A stretch of DNA of 63,003 nucleotides, counting the filler, from Folioceros fuciformis (Eukaryota), in assembly GCA_049999805.1 (NCBI GenBank). It is 3 parts of 3 records of this genome, joined end to end, with 100 filler letters (N's around TTAATTAATTAA, not from the genome) between each part and the next. Parts side by side here need not be neighbours in the genome. Positions count along the whole stretch, not along the records: positions 1 to 19,560 come from JBNGIO010003094.1; 2 more parts are not named here. One strand, 5' to 3'. Of this stretch, positions 1 to 11,740 are shown piece after piece. Made by a program: the position numbers and the translations under genes. The notes below the pieces were generated by a model. That model saw only the letters and a program-made list of their open reading frames with translations. It was not told the DNA's origin and did no database searches. The stretch's first letter is position 1. Every line of letters begins with the position of its first letter.

Positions 1-53
1 TCTCATATAGTGTGGGAGCGCGGAAGAGACCCCACTCGACCTCAGCTCTCGCA

Positions 54-1780
54 ATGGGGGACGTTCGAGTCCAGCTCGCTGCAATACTGTTGCTTGTTTG
101 GCCGCTGCTGATCCTGGCGGACGTTCCTACCAGCCTCCCTCCCGGCGTGTGCTTGTGGCGCCAAGGCATTCTCCGTGACGGACAGCTGGGTGGGGCTCCC
201 CCTGGCTGCTCCTTCCAGGTGAGTTGGGGCATGGGGTCCCCCAGTCGTCTTTGAGAGAGGGCTTCAATTGGGTTGTTTGAACGCCAGGTCCGTCACCAGC
301 ATTTTCTCAAGCTGGAAAACCGTTGTTGGAGCACCAGGTCCGTCATCCGGACTTCCTCAAGTTGCTGGGGCCGTCGCCAGTGCTGAAGGTGGAGATCGAA
401 GCCGATGCACACGAGGGAGCTGTTTACTACCCGGACGAAGACGAGTTGTACTTTTCCACCACGAGGTTGCCAGGGGCAACCATCAAGGTCGTGCTCGGAC
501 CTCCTCTCCTCCTGTAAAGGACTAGCATCTGGCATGAAGTTGTGCAACTGTGTGGAAGTTGAGAAACGCAGCAAGGTCTGATGCGTGGCGTAACGTAACA
601 TTGCAGTTGCGGAAGTTTTCTCTCAAGGACAAGACAGTGACGACGGTGGTGGAGGATACCGACATTGCCAATGGCATGGTTCTCGACCACGATGGCAATC
701 TACTGGTGTGCGAGATGGGACGGAAGAACATTCCTGGATACATCCAGAAGATCAATCTCACCTCTCTGCATACAACTACTATCGCTGACAACTGGTTCAA
801 CATACCATTCAATAGTCCCAACGACGTTGTGGTGAAGAGCGACAAATCCATCTGGTTCACCGACCCTGACTACGGGAGGTAATCCCCGCACTCACGCAGT
901 TGCACGTACTGGAGCTGCAGTCCTAATTTCCTCAGTCCACGGAAACCTAATTCTTGCTGGCAGCGTCCAAGGGTACGGGCCGGCCCCGAAAGTGAACAAC
1001 CAGGTGTACAGAATGGACCCCGACGGCACAGTGGATGTGGTGGCCGACATGTTCTCCAAGCCGAACGGATTGACCTTCTCCGAGGACGAGAAGCTCCTCT
1101 ACGTGGCTGACTCGGGCTACCTAACAGGGTGCGGTGTGCGACCTTCCAGCTCCGAGATGTCCAGTACTTTGGAGATGCCAGCCAGCCTCACCATGATGCA
1201 GCTCTCTCCATGGCACTGACCGAGAGGTTTTCGTGTTGTCGCGTTCCTTGCTTCCAGGCTACAATCCTTCGACATCAAAAAGCCTCACTCTGTGACAGTC
1301 TTCGATGTCCGAGGCCGTACTCTGGCGAACAGGCGCTTCTTCACCTCAGTTGCCCGCTACGATGGCACTGCTCTTGGAATCCCGGACGGCATAAAGGTGG
1401 ACACTCGGGGAAACGTGTACATAGCCACCTTCGACGGCATCCAAGGTCAGTGAATGGCAGATCCTTCCCCTGCGTCCGAGGCGGTGTCAGCCGTCCTGAG
1501 ACTGGCGAGAGTTGATCCAATAACGCCGTGACGTGCTGTGGTCGCAGTGTTCGACAAAGAAGCACAAGCGTTGGGACGGATCGTGTTGCCCGGAGCGGTG
1601 AACATGGGGTTCGGAGGCCCCAAGCTCGACACCCTCTACGTCCTTAACGAGACGGCTATCCTCTCTATCAAGCTACAGGCCACCGGGGCGGGCTTAGCTT
1701 ACGCTGCCAAGTATCACAATTTGCCGGTCGATGAGGTAGATGATTCCGGTGGCAGGGACTCGATGTGCAAATTGTATTGA
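54..1780 (+). CDS. SMP-30/gluconolactonase/LRE family beta-propeller protein with N-terminal signal peptide; 6 exons (54-218, 338-487, 607-878, 964-1128, 1258-1445, 1548-1780)
   Basis: GT-AG splicing joins in frame AHEGAVY, ANGMVLDHDGNLLVCE, FNSPNDVVVKSDKSIWFTDPDYG, KPNGLTFSEDEKLLYVADSG and IPDGIKVDTRGNVY, all typical gluconolactonase motifs. The N-terminus MGDVRVQLAAILLLVWPLLILA is hydrophobic. Confidence 0.9.
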
Positions 1781-2079
1781 TCCACTAAGGGCTTCTCCGG
1801 CTCTGGCCAGGGATACGATGCAGACCACGATCCGCATGTAGGATCCGCATGTGGTGGTATAGTAGATGTATCACCACCTTGTGTTAACTTTAACATGTGA
1901 CCCTAAATTCATCCAGCCTCTTGCCAACCTTAGTTAGGGTTATGAGAAGGAGTTTTTGTCTATTGATCAAGTCTTGTGTTCGGATATGAGAATGAGGTGG
2001 CTCTTGATTTGTGAAGCGTGACTGTTTTTTCAGGTATCCAATGTGTATTGTCCAACTAAGGCGGGTGGCGACTAAAGTA

Positions 2080-2940
2080 TGGTTGCAAGAAGACATTGAG
2101 CCAAGACTAGTGTAGTGTGTAGTGCAAGAAGACATCCAAGCAATGGAGATAAAAGTTTGGTTGCAAGCAAACATTGAAGAAAGGCTAGAAATACAAGCGA
2201 AGGCTAGTGGCGATGAGGCAGAGTGTAGTGTAATGCGTGGTGCAAGAAGACATCCAAGCGTAGTGTAATGTGTGGTGCAAGAAGACATCCAAGCGAAGGT
2301 TGGTGATGAATAAGGTGTAGTGCATTGTGTAGTGCATGATGCAAGAAGCCATGCAAGCAAAGAGTGTGGTGTGTGTTGCAAGAAGCCGTCCAAGCATAAG
2401 CATAGAGTGTGGTGGGTGTTACAAGAAGCCATCTAAGCAAAGAGTGTGGTGGGTGTTACAAGAAGCCATCCAAGCAAAGAGTGTGGTGAGTGTTGCAAGA
2501 AGCCATCCAAGCAAAGAGTGTGGTGGGTGTTGCAAGAAGCCATCCAAGCAAAGAGTGTGGTGGGTGTTGCAAGAAGCCATGCAAGCAAAGAGTGTGGTGA
2601 GTGTTGCAAGAAGCCATCCAAGCAAAGAATGCGGTGTGTGTTGCAAGAAGCCATCCAAGCAAAGATTCTGGTGTGTGGTCCAAGAACACATCCAGGCAAA
2701 GGCTAGTGACAAATAAGGTAGAGTGCATTGCATAGTGTGTGGTGCAAGAAGACATCCATGCAAAGAGTGTGGCTTGTGTTGCAAGAAGCCATCCAAGCAA
2801 AGAGTGTGGTGTGTGGTGTGTGGTCCAAGAACACGTCCAAACAAAGGCTAGTGGCAAATAAGGCGGAGTGCACTGTGTGGTACAAGAAGACATCCAAGCA
2901 AAGGCCGGTGTCAAATAAGGCGTGGTACAAGACATATCTC
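2080..2940. repeat. 37-bp minisatellite (core GCAAGAAGCCATCCAAGCAAAGAGTGTGGTGGGTGTT) with degenerate flanking copies
   Basis: Unit starts at 2341, 2378, 2421, 2458, 2495, 2532, 2569, 2606 and 2643. The overlapping repetitive ORFs here are by-products of the array. Confidence 0.95.
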
Positions 2941-3743
2941 TAGCATGGCTACGTGATGAATTAGATGTGTGTAAGATGAGTCCCATCATACACAAGTTCG
3001 GGGAAGAGAGAGAAATTTGCTAGTAATTTGCTTGTGCCAAGAGAACACCCAACAAATTCTTTAGTTGGAAATCATTTGTGATGTAAGAGGATGACAAGTG
3101 CAAACTTAGATTGGTAGTCTTCTCGAATGAAATAGATTTTGTCTTTCTTAAATAAAGCTAATCAGTATATAATAAATAAATAAATGTTCATAGCAGTAGT
3201 GCTTGACATCTTCAAAGAGATTTTAGGCAATGTATTCATGGAGGACAAGTGGAAGAAAAGTATGGTGATTATCCTAAGTGGACATAAATAACATCGATGC
3301 ATAGATATAAATAACACTTATTAGTGAAAATAAATAAATATAAAATATAAAATATATTATTATTTATGGGTATACTTATATAAATTTTGATAGGTTTTTC
3401 TATGAGCATATATCGACTTTTTATCCTCACATTCTTCCCCTTTCTTCCTTTCTTCATATTATTATTATTATTTTCAAAATTATTTTTTTATAAAGTATAA
3501 TATATTATATACATGTATTGTTTTGAACTTCTTATTTTCAATGATTTATGACGTACTATAGGTGGTTACATACAAAGTAATATAAATAAAAAAGTCATTT
3601 CTTCATTCTTTCTTTTCCTTTTGAAATTATACAAGCAGCTAATGTACAAGATCTACCCACTGTCTAACAGTATTTCACCCAGCTAATGTACAGGATTTAC
3701 CTATGTGTTGAGATCGCTAACCGCGTGGTGGGTGGAACATTGG

Positions 3744-5741
3744 TCATTGTTGTTGAAAAGGTTGCTTTTTCTCCCAAATGCAGTAACCATTTCCCACTGC
3801 TGCCACGTTGTACTCATCCAAACTGGGTGCCAGATCACCAATCTCAATTCGATCTCCAATTTTCATCACTACTCGATCATCAATCCGTGCCACGTACACA
3901 TCATTTTCTGCGGTCACAATTTCGACGTTGCTCCGGGAGTTGATTCCGTTGCGATTTCTGATGCTGATGAAGTTTTTCAGTTCTTCCTTCAGCCCCCAAT
4001 CAAAATAGTGGTCGTAGAACTGCACCATCCAAACATGAGCAGGTTCATCACTGAAGAGCTCAGGTTGCCTATCAGCTTTGGCTAAGTGAATGATACGAGG
4101 GACAGGCAGAGCGAGCCGGGCAAAAGAGGAGAAAAAGCTTACAATGCAGGGAATGCCGGGATGCGTCATGATGTACGCGTATCCCTGCAGGACTTTGTCA
4201 GAAGGGAAGGGCCAGTGGGCCTGCGTGGATCCCGTGTCGTGGTTGTCGATGAAGGTGACAGCCCTGGAGGGCCAGTACCCCAGCATACCCGGAGGCTTGT
4301 TGTTGTGATCTCTCAACCTCCACAACTCCCCATTTACAGCTTGCTGCAGAATTCCCTTGGTGGTGAAGTCGAAAGCTGTTGCTCGATCACCGGTGGCGTG
4401 CACCCAGTCCACTAGCTCCTGACGGTGGCTATCCTGGTTGTAATCCAGCCCCTGGTCACCATATCTGCAGGTAGTCCAGACTTCCCCCACGGAAAACTGG
4501 GGTTGTGTCCGCTCGATGTACATGCCCACGTATCCGCCGGCGAAACCCTTGGCAAAGTCGAACCTCCAGCCATCGAAGCCGATGTCCACCTTGAGCCACT
4601 TCATCCACTCGGACAGCTCGTCCTGCACCGTGGAGTTGGTGTGGTCCAGGTCGGGAGCCGCAGCGAAGTCCTCCCCGGTGTCAGGATTGCCAGAGCCGTC
4701 GCTGTAGGGGTAGTCGTTCCCAGCGATGGCCCATGGGCCCCAGTCCAGCCGTTCGTCAGGGGTTCCCCCTTCGAACAGGCACCACTGGCCTCTCTCATCC
4801 TGCTTGTCCGCGCACCGGTGGTTGATGACGATGTCAGCAATGCAGCGCACTCCCTTTTGGTGGAATGCATCAATCACAGCCTTGAGCGCATCCTCGTTCC
4901 CGTACTTGGTGTTGTTCAAATCCAGGAGCCTGTTAGGCATGTAACCTGCGCCCAAGCAAATCAAAAATACCAATGTCAACACCCCTGTCTTGTCAAAACC
5001 ACCGTCCAGTGCTCGGACTAGTCTAGTGATTTCGTGCAATCTGAACAGAACGAAATCAGATGACGGAGTTCCTCCGCGTCAGCTCTGCCTGACATCAACA
5101 TAACTGGCATCACTCTGTGCAAGAGTGTGAAGCAGCTGCAATGAATACCTTGAGGCGCCACAGAGTGCGTGGCCGGAGGAAACCAAATGTCTGTCACACC
5201 AGCTTCCGCCAAATCATCAACATTCCTCCTCAACACATTGTACCATCCATCCTTGTGCTTCCAAGACTCCCAATTAAACCCCTGCCAGCAACCTCGCCGT
5301 CAGGAAACGTGCCACAGCCGCCCTATTCTAAACACCTGAGCATCAAAAACGCAATGTCCTCAACGTCAAAGAGCCTCCTACCTGAAACATGATGATCTTG
5401 CTCCAATCAGCCTCAATGTTGCCGCCACGAGACACCTTTTCCTGAGGCTCCGCCTCAACCTCACCAGGACTAACTTCCGCGGCATTCAACACAACTTCCT
5501 CAACTTCGGCGGCCTCCCGCACCGTTTCCGCTCCTGCCACCGCGTGCGCGATGCAGGAAGTGCGCCCGGTACGAATTCTCCCGGAGTGCCTCAACCCAGG
5601 GTCCGCCATGGGGCCAGACCTCACTCTCACGACGCCATGGCCGCTGGCTGCAAGGCGTTTTTGCCACCGTGTCGACGTAGAGCATTCGGTCGGGCTGCCA
5701 CACTTCACCACGCTCCTCAACCCGGCAGTAAGAACCGCCAT
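3744..5741 (-). CDS. AMY: Alpha-amylase (GH13) with probable plastid transit peptide; exons 5741-5382, 5281-5149, 4945-4143, 4019-3744
   Basis: Motifs [28 protein letters not shown] (nucleophile), VGEVW and [11 protein letters not shown], plus the C-terminal beta-domain. The N-terminal extension is Ser/Arg/Ala-rich. Confidence 0.95.
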
Positions 5742-6766
5742 TCTTGGAAGAGAGCCAGCAGCCGGCAAGGGCGTCTTCAGAGGGGGGAACTAAACAGAGG
5801 GACAGAAATGCAAGGTCGGAAGAATCTCGGAAGGTCGGGGCAAGATGGAGGCAACTTCAGTAACGTGCAGCGAAGGGAGTGAAACTGATCTGACTCGAGC
5901 GGAGGAGCTCGATAGCTTATAAAGCTCGTGTTTGGTCCTCGGTCGAAGCTGTCAGGCGACAGGTGGCGCCACAGTTAGCGGTTGCCACGCGGCTACCTCT
6001 AAGAATTTGCGGCGCAATGGGCCGCTGTGGAGACGACGCGCGGCACAACAATATCACGTGGAAATCGGGGTAGGATTTTCTGGACCGCAAGGCAAAAGGT
6101 TCCAGAACTTCCCCGTGTGCGGGTCCAACTCCCGTTGTCGTGAATTCAGTAAGTTCTGCTTATGGATAATAAAGTCTTGCTAGACTAAGTGAGTACCCCA
6201 ATGTCGTGCCTAGTTCAGTACGCTAAGGGTCTGTTGTCTGGGATGGATGCCTGACCGCCAGAGCCTTCACCTACGCTCTGCACTGGTGCACACAAGCCTT
6301 TCATGTAACTTCAGCAGCAAGACTTGTTTGTGACATCCAAACAATGTTTGCTTTAAGAGATGTTTCTCGTCTGCCAGCTTCATCCTGCCCGCACTTGTGT
6401 ATGGTATTCGAGGTCTGTAGTAAGGTGACACACCTGCACGCCTTTGAGGCACATGAATGTATGTTCCCCACAAATCCGTATTGACTCCTCAGCTGCAATC
6501 TATGTGTCAAGTTAGAACTACGCACCTTTCAGGAGATGGGTGCACATCAACTTAGTTGGTGGATCTCACACTACGCAACATCTGATCACACAGATATGGA
6601 ATAGCTGGAGGGTGTCAATGGGTCTGAGGACCTTCCTTCTCGCATCCTTCATGACTTTGAATCCATACTCCATGAGCAACATCCTCTGCCCTGATCCCAG
6701 CTGTGCTGATGCTAACAGCTTGCGCAATAAGTACACTTTGACTGATTGCAAACATTCAGCGGAATA

Positions 6767-8559
6767 CTACATCTTTCTCGTGAGCTTGCCGCGTCTGGTT
6801 TCTTGCACAGGCTCGATACATGTGTTATCATCCAATTGCAGCATTTTCTTCGCAACTCTTTTCTGCTCCTCAAAAGCTTTCCCAAGTCCAGCCTCAACCT
6901 CCGTCACGTGGGAACGCTGCTTCTTGAGGTCGTGCTTCAATCGCCCTAGAATCTGCAGGTGTTGTTCCAAATCGGTGACCCATTGCTTCCAGGCGATGTA
7001 CTGAGTATAAGTGAACTCTGGCATTGGATGAAAAGGCTTTCTCCGGAGGATGTCAAAATACTTCATCTTAGCCTGTTCAAGAAGGGCCTCTCGCATTCGC
7101 AATCGTCCCTGATGGAGGGCCAGACTCGATTTAAGGTGCTGAGTTCTTTCTTCCGCCAGAGCCATACTCAGACGCATGTCCTCCCTTACCTCTTCCCATT
7201 TGGCATTCTCCGACATGTAGTTCCAGGCTTCGTGGTCGAATAGCTCCAGAGCGTATTCCCCACCCGAGGTCCGTATCAGCCGTCTCTTAAGATCCGCCCT
7301 AAGACTCTGCACGTGGTCGTCTAGAGCGCCACGGTATTCCACCACGCCACCGCTGGGATCCGGATTCGAACCTGCTACCTTGCCTCTGTAAGGTTCTATC
7401 TGGAGAAGCTGCGCTGGGGGTTGGGGCTGCGCTCTCCTATCAGCCTCTCCTGAAGGGCACGCATCCTGATGCAGAGCCGAACACATATCCACATCCTCAT
7501 CCCGCTTACTCTCCTTAGCCGGATCAAGCTGCCTTCGCTGATCTGCTCTCAAGGGCGGCGCACACACAGATCGATGAGACTCCGGGTGATCCGGTCGGTT
7601 TCCTCTGAAATTCTGGCACAAATCTTGATCCCGGTCTATCCCCACCTCCTTAGGCGGGATACCAGGACCAGGACCCGGACCTGCTACAGTGCCTCTGTAA
7701 GGTTCGATCTCGAGAGTCCTGGCCTGGAGATGCGGTTGTGCTCTCTTATCAACCTCTGCTGAAGGATACACGTCCGGATGCAGAGCTTGACTGAAAACCA
7801 CATCTCCATTCCTCTTAGGCTCCTTAGCCGTATCTGGTTGCTTTCGTTGATCTACTGGCGAGGGCGCGCATGCATACCACTGAGGCTCTGGCTCCTTAGT
7901 CCAGTTTCTTCTGGAATCCGAACTCAAATCCTGATCCCAATCCATCCCCGCCTCCTTAGCCGGGATACCAGGCTCCTTCCGCTGGCCTGCTTCGAAAGGC
8001 CGACAGATATCCCCATCCAGATCCAGCTCCGCCTCCTCAGCAGCAAGGCCAGGCTCGTTGGATTCCTCCATTTTCACGATTGCGAGCACAGCCTGGTCAG
8101 GCTTCGGGTCCTTGGATTGTTGCAGTACTTCTCCGAGTTGCTTGTCCTTGAGGAACAGCTGCTGTCTGCCGCCAAATCCTTCAGAGCTCGACATCGGGGG
8201 TACGCTGTGTGTATAAAACTCAGAATCCGAGTCATCGTACTTCAATTCTCCTCCTGGACCCCGCCGCTCTAGCTTCCTCAGCACCTGCCACTCCACCACC
8301 AGGTATCAGCACACATACGCATCACAACGTCGCACCAGGCAAGGGGGGAGGGAAGGAGGCGGGAAATTGAATTGGTCGCCATTCCGAAGATCAAACTTCA
8401 CCGCCTACCTACCTCTTCCACAATGGACGCTGCTTTCTTGGGATTCTGGTTCTGCAGCGCCAAATATTTCTCCGCTATGACATCAGGCACTATGGTAGAC
8501 GACGGTACAAAAGGGCGGGAGTTCTGATTTGCAACGGTTGCGGTGCGTTGCTCACACAT
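6767..8559 (-). CDS. Uncharacterised protein of about 554 aa with an internal 102-aa duplication and C-terminal coiled coil; exons 8559-8413, 8284-6767
   Basis: A 510-codon open frame joins an ATG-containing upstream frame through an in-frame GAG|GTAGG...GGCAG|GTG intron. The C-terminus is heptad-like. No family recognised. Confidence 0.7.
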
Positions 8560-9025
8560 AACAACACTTGCTTCAATCAAGATCACCCCTTTCTTCCTGC
8601 TCGATCCCCTCGAAGAGTCAGATGAATTCACGAAGACACTACGTCACAACAGCTGAGCTCCATTTCAAAAGTACGAAGAAAAGAAAGAAACGTGACAGAG
8701 ATGAATAGCATCTATCTGGTTGTTAACGTTTTGTTGCCCCATCGATGAACGAACATTTCAAAGCATGCAGACATACGTGGTTGCATATTGCTGCACAAGA
8801 ACTGCAGTTAAAACGATTCCATTTCCAGAACATGCTTTGTCGGTGATGACTATTTACCACAACTTGTTATTGTCTAGAAGTTCTGAATTATGAAGAGTCT
8901 AGTTGTTTGTTCCTTACAAAGGCTAACAGTGCATTCTCTCCGGGCTGAGGTTGTGCTTTGCTTTGTTTGTTCGAACCTATTGTAACCTCTAAGAGCTTCT
9001 GGCCTATACATGTTGTACGTTGAAC

Positions 9026-11222
9026 ATGGAGTCGCTGGATCTTCCGGATGATGTTAAGGAAATTCTGACTTCAGAGCAGAAAGTGCTGCTGATTGAGCGC
9101 CGAAAGCAGCCAGCCGAAAATAGGGAGCACCAAAGCGGGCCAGATTGTCAAGCTTCGACCAGAGTCGCTGGTGCCAACCATCAAGATGACACGGATTGTG
9201 GCGTTCTTTCTTCTCGGATCCCCGATTCTCCTGATGTAAGTGAGACACATTCGGTTATAGGATTGTGGTTGCTCATAGTTGATGTACTGTCAATTGTGTG
9301 CTGTGGTGTAGCACAGGTGGCTGGGTATTTTTGTTCCGTCCATTCGTGGAGTGCGCCTTTCTCCTCGCTCTTTGTTTAGTTTGTTGATTCCGGAGGATTC
9401 TAATCCCTAATTGTAAGCATGTTTTCAGGATTTCTCTGCTATTGAGGTGTATTCGCATACCGGTCGTCCTCCTGGACAGGACCTCTATCATTCTCTTCCT
9501 CCTCCTCAAACACCAAGCTCCCGGCCGCCACAACGACAACAACAAGAACCGTCTCAGCAATTACAGAAAAGGAAGCATCAGCCTCAGTATTGGCCTCAAC
9601 CGCCTCAGCAATCGTACGTATTTCATCAGCATGGGCCTCAGCAACCGCCTCAGCAGCAGGGTCACCGTCCTCCGCAACCTCACCAGCACAGTCAGCGATT
9701 CTTAAATCAGCAGAATCCGCGATCATTTCCTGCGAAGGCATCGTATGACAGAGGGCATGCAACAGCTGCTCAACGGGGATCTAGTACGAGCACTGCGATG
9801 CTAAACTATGAGAGTCACCAAAGTTTACCGTGCCCGGTGAGTTACGACAGCGAACCGAATTTGGATAACAGATTCTATACGGCAGATCAGAGGCTGGTTT
9901 TGCCGAGGAAAGGTTATCCGAGTGGTACGTCCAACAGAGTGGACGAGGCTTCCCCCAGCACGAAAATGGACGAGCCTCCTCTTCCCAGAGTGCAGGAGAG
10001 TGGGGATAAGAGGACGTTGAGCTACTGGGAGCAGAGGGGCCTGCCGACTGATGGCATCCTCTTAAACAAGAAGATGTTTCTGTGCGGGCTCACACCTGAT
10101 CGGGTGCTTTTCAAGTATTTCACAAAAGTGCAGGGGTCGTTGGTTCCTGATAGGCCAATGGATAGGAAAATGCAGGAGAACATGGAAGCTTTGTATGAGA
10201 AGATCTTCGAGAAGCCTTTGAACTTGTTAGATGGTAAGGTGAGCATGAAGTTTGGGAGAGCCTTTATTGCTCAGGAACTCAAGAAAAAGAAATTCAACTG
10301 GGCTCAGTATGCTATGTCGGAATATGTTCGCATCACAGATAGAAATGCCAAGAAGGCTTTGGCATTGAGGAAGAGACAGTCGAAGCCGGTAGTAGAAAGT
10401 GATCTCGATGCTGAAGGGGATGGTGATTGGGATGTAGAGGTTGATGGGGATGGAGACGGGGATGGAGACTGGGATGGAGAAGGTGACGGGGAAGGAGGGT
10501 CAGGTGAAGGCTATGACGCAGATGAAATGAAATTGGACAGCCAATACCAAATTTCCGGGCAGGCTGAAGAGGCGGAGCTCGGTGAAAGCAACTATCATCA
10601 CTCTCGCTTGCCTTACACAGTCACCACCCTTCCCGACACCCAAATGGATCCTCACATCCGCGGTAAGTTGGATGAGGACATCCAGAAACTGAGACTGGAA
10701 TTGCAGAAAGCCCTCATACTGACAGAATGTAAGGACGAGATGGTTAGTCAGTTCGACAGGTGCGTTATGCCCTACCTGTCTGAATCGTCCAAAATGGAGC
10801 AGGAAAAGGCGGACCTACGTCAAGCACTTGTTCTGGCGGAAAACAAGTGCACGCTCCTGGAAGCCGATTTGTATTGTGTCAAGGGCAAGCAGGATATGGA
10901 GAGCATGAGCGTCCAAGCGGGCATTCAATCTCTCAAGGCTCTTGTTGCAAAGAAGCCTTTCGAGTCCGCAGACCCTGAAAGACTCGAAAGCAATCTGGCG
11001 GCCACCAAGAAATGGATCCAGGAGTTGAAGGAAGGGTGTATGCACGTGGGCTACTCGAAACACGGGCTCCAGGAACAGGAGAAGGCATACGATAAACTTG
11101 CTGCAGAGCATGCAGTAGCCTCGGCTGAGCGGATTGCCCTCACTAAAAAGCTCAACCAGCGAATGACCTCGCGGTCGACTGGGGATACGGAAGATGGCAG
11201 CAACAAGCGTCTCAAAATCTAA
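9026..11222 (+). CDS. Uncharacterised protein of about 667 aa: Q/P-rich region, central helical domain, acidic GD-repeat tract, coiled coil, C-terminal NLS-like KRLKI; exons 9026-9235, 9429-11222
   Basis: 591-codon open frame. A phase-0 intron GAT|GTAAG...TTTTCAG|GAT links it to the upstream exon MESLDLPDDV. Confidence 0.75.
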
Positions 11223-11269
11223 CCATCTGCCTGTAGCCACTGTATGATTTGTACATAAGTTGGACCTGT

Positions 11270-11314
11270 GCTGGGTCTCTAGCACGCTGGGGCCCCACGT
11301 GCTAGAAACCCAGC
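11270..11314. other. Near-perfect GC-rich hairpin
   Basis: GCTGGGTCTCTAGCACG pairs with CGTGCTAGAAACCCAGC (1 mismatch) around a TGGGGCCCCA palindrome. Confidence 0.85.
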
Positions 11315-11334
11315 GTAGTCTAGAACCAAGGATA

Positions 11335-11740
11335 AAGCCATGGATGGGCTTGAGGTTTCAGCATCATGTTAGGAGGCGCTATAGGTGGGCGAAGGTTCGA
11401 GGACCCCTGGATGGGCTTCAGTTTTGAGCATCACGTTAGGAGGCGATATAGGTAGGCTAAGGTTCGAGAAGCCCTGGATGGGCTTCAGTTTTCAGCATCT
11501 TGACTTTTGAGCATCAGGAGTTGATAAGGTTAAGGTTCGAGAAGGAGCTGATAAGGCCAAGGTTCGAAAAGCCCTGGATTGGCTTGAGTTTTCAGCATCA
11601 TGGTAAGAGCTGATAAGGCTGAGGTTCGAGAAGTCCTGGGTGGGCTTGAGTTTTCAGCGTCATGTTAAGCTGATAAGGTAGGCCAACATTCGAGAGGCCA
11701 ACATAGAGCTGATAAGGTAGGCCAAGATTCCAGAGCAGTG
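11335..11740. repeat. Degenerate tandem repeat with 62-67 bp unit (TGGATGGGCTTGAGTTTTCAGCATCATGTTAG...GGTTCGAGAAGCCC)
   Basis: Core recurs at 11341, 11408, 11475, 11575 and 11637. Confidence 0.9.

Noticed and set aside
2336-2995. Regular 37-bp repeats and Cys/His-rich ORFs resembling a CRISPR array or zinc-finger gene
   Set aside because: Units abut with no unique spacers, the context is eukaryotic with no cas genes, and the ORFs in all frames are translations of the repeat.
3686-5021. Plus-strand ORFs up to 198 aa overlapping the amylase
   Set aside because: Antisense shadows of a GC-rich coding region with no recognisable motifs.
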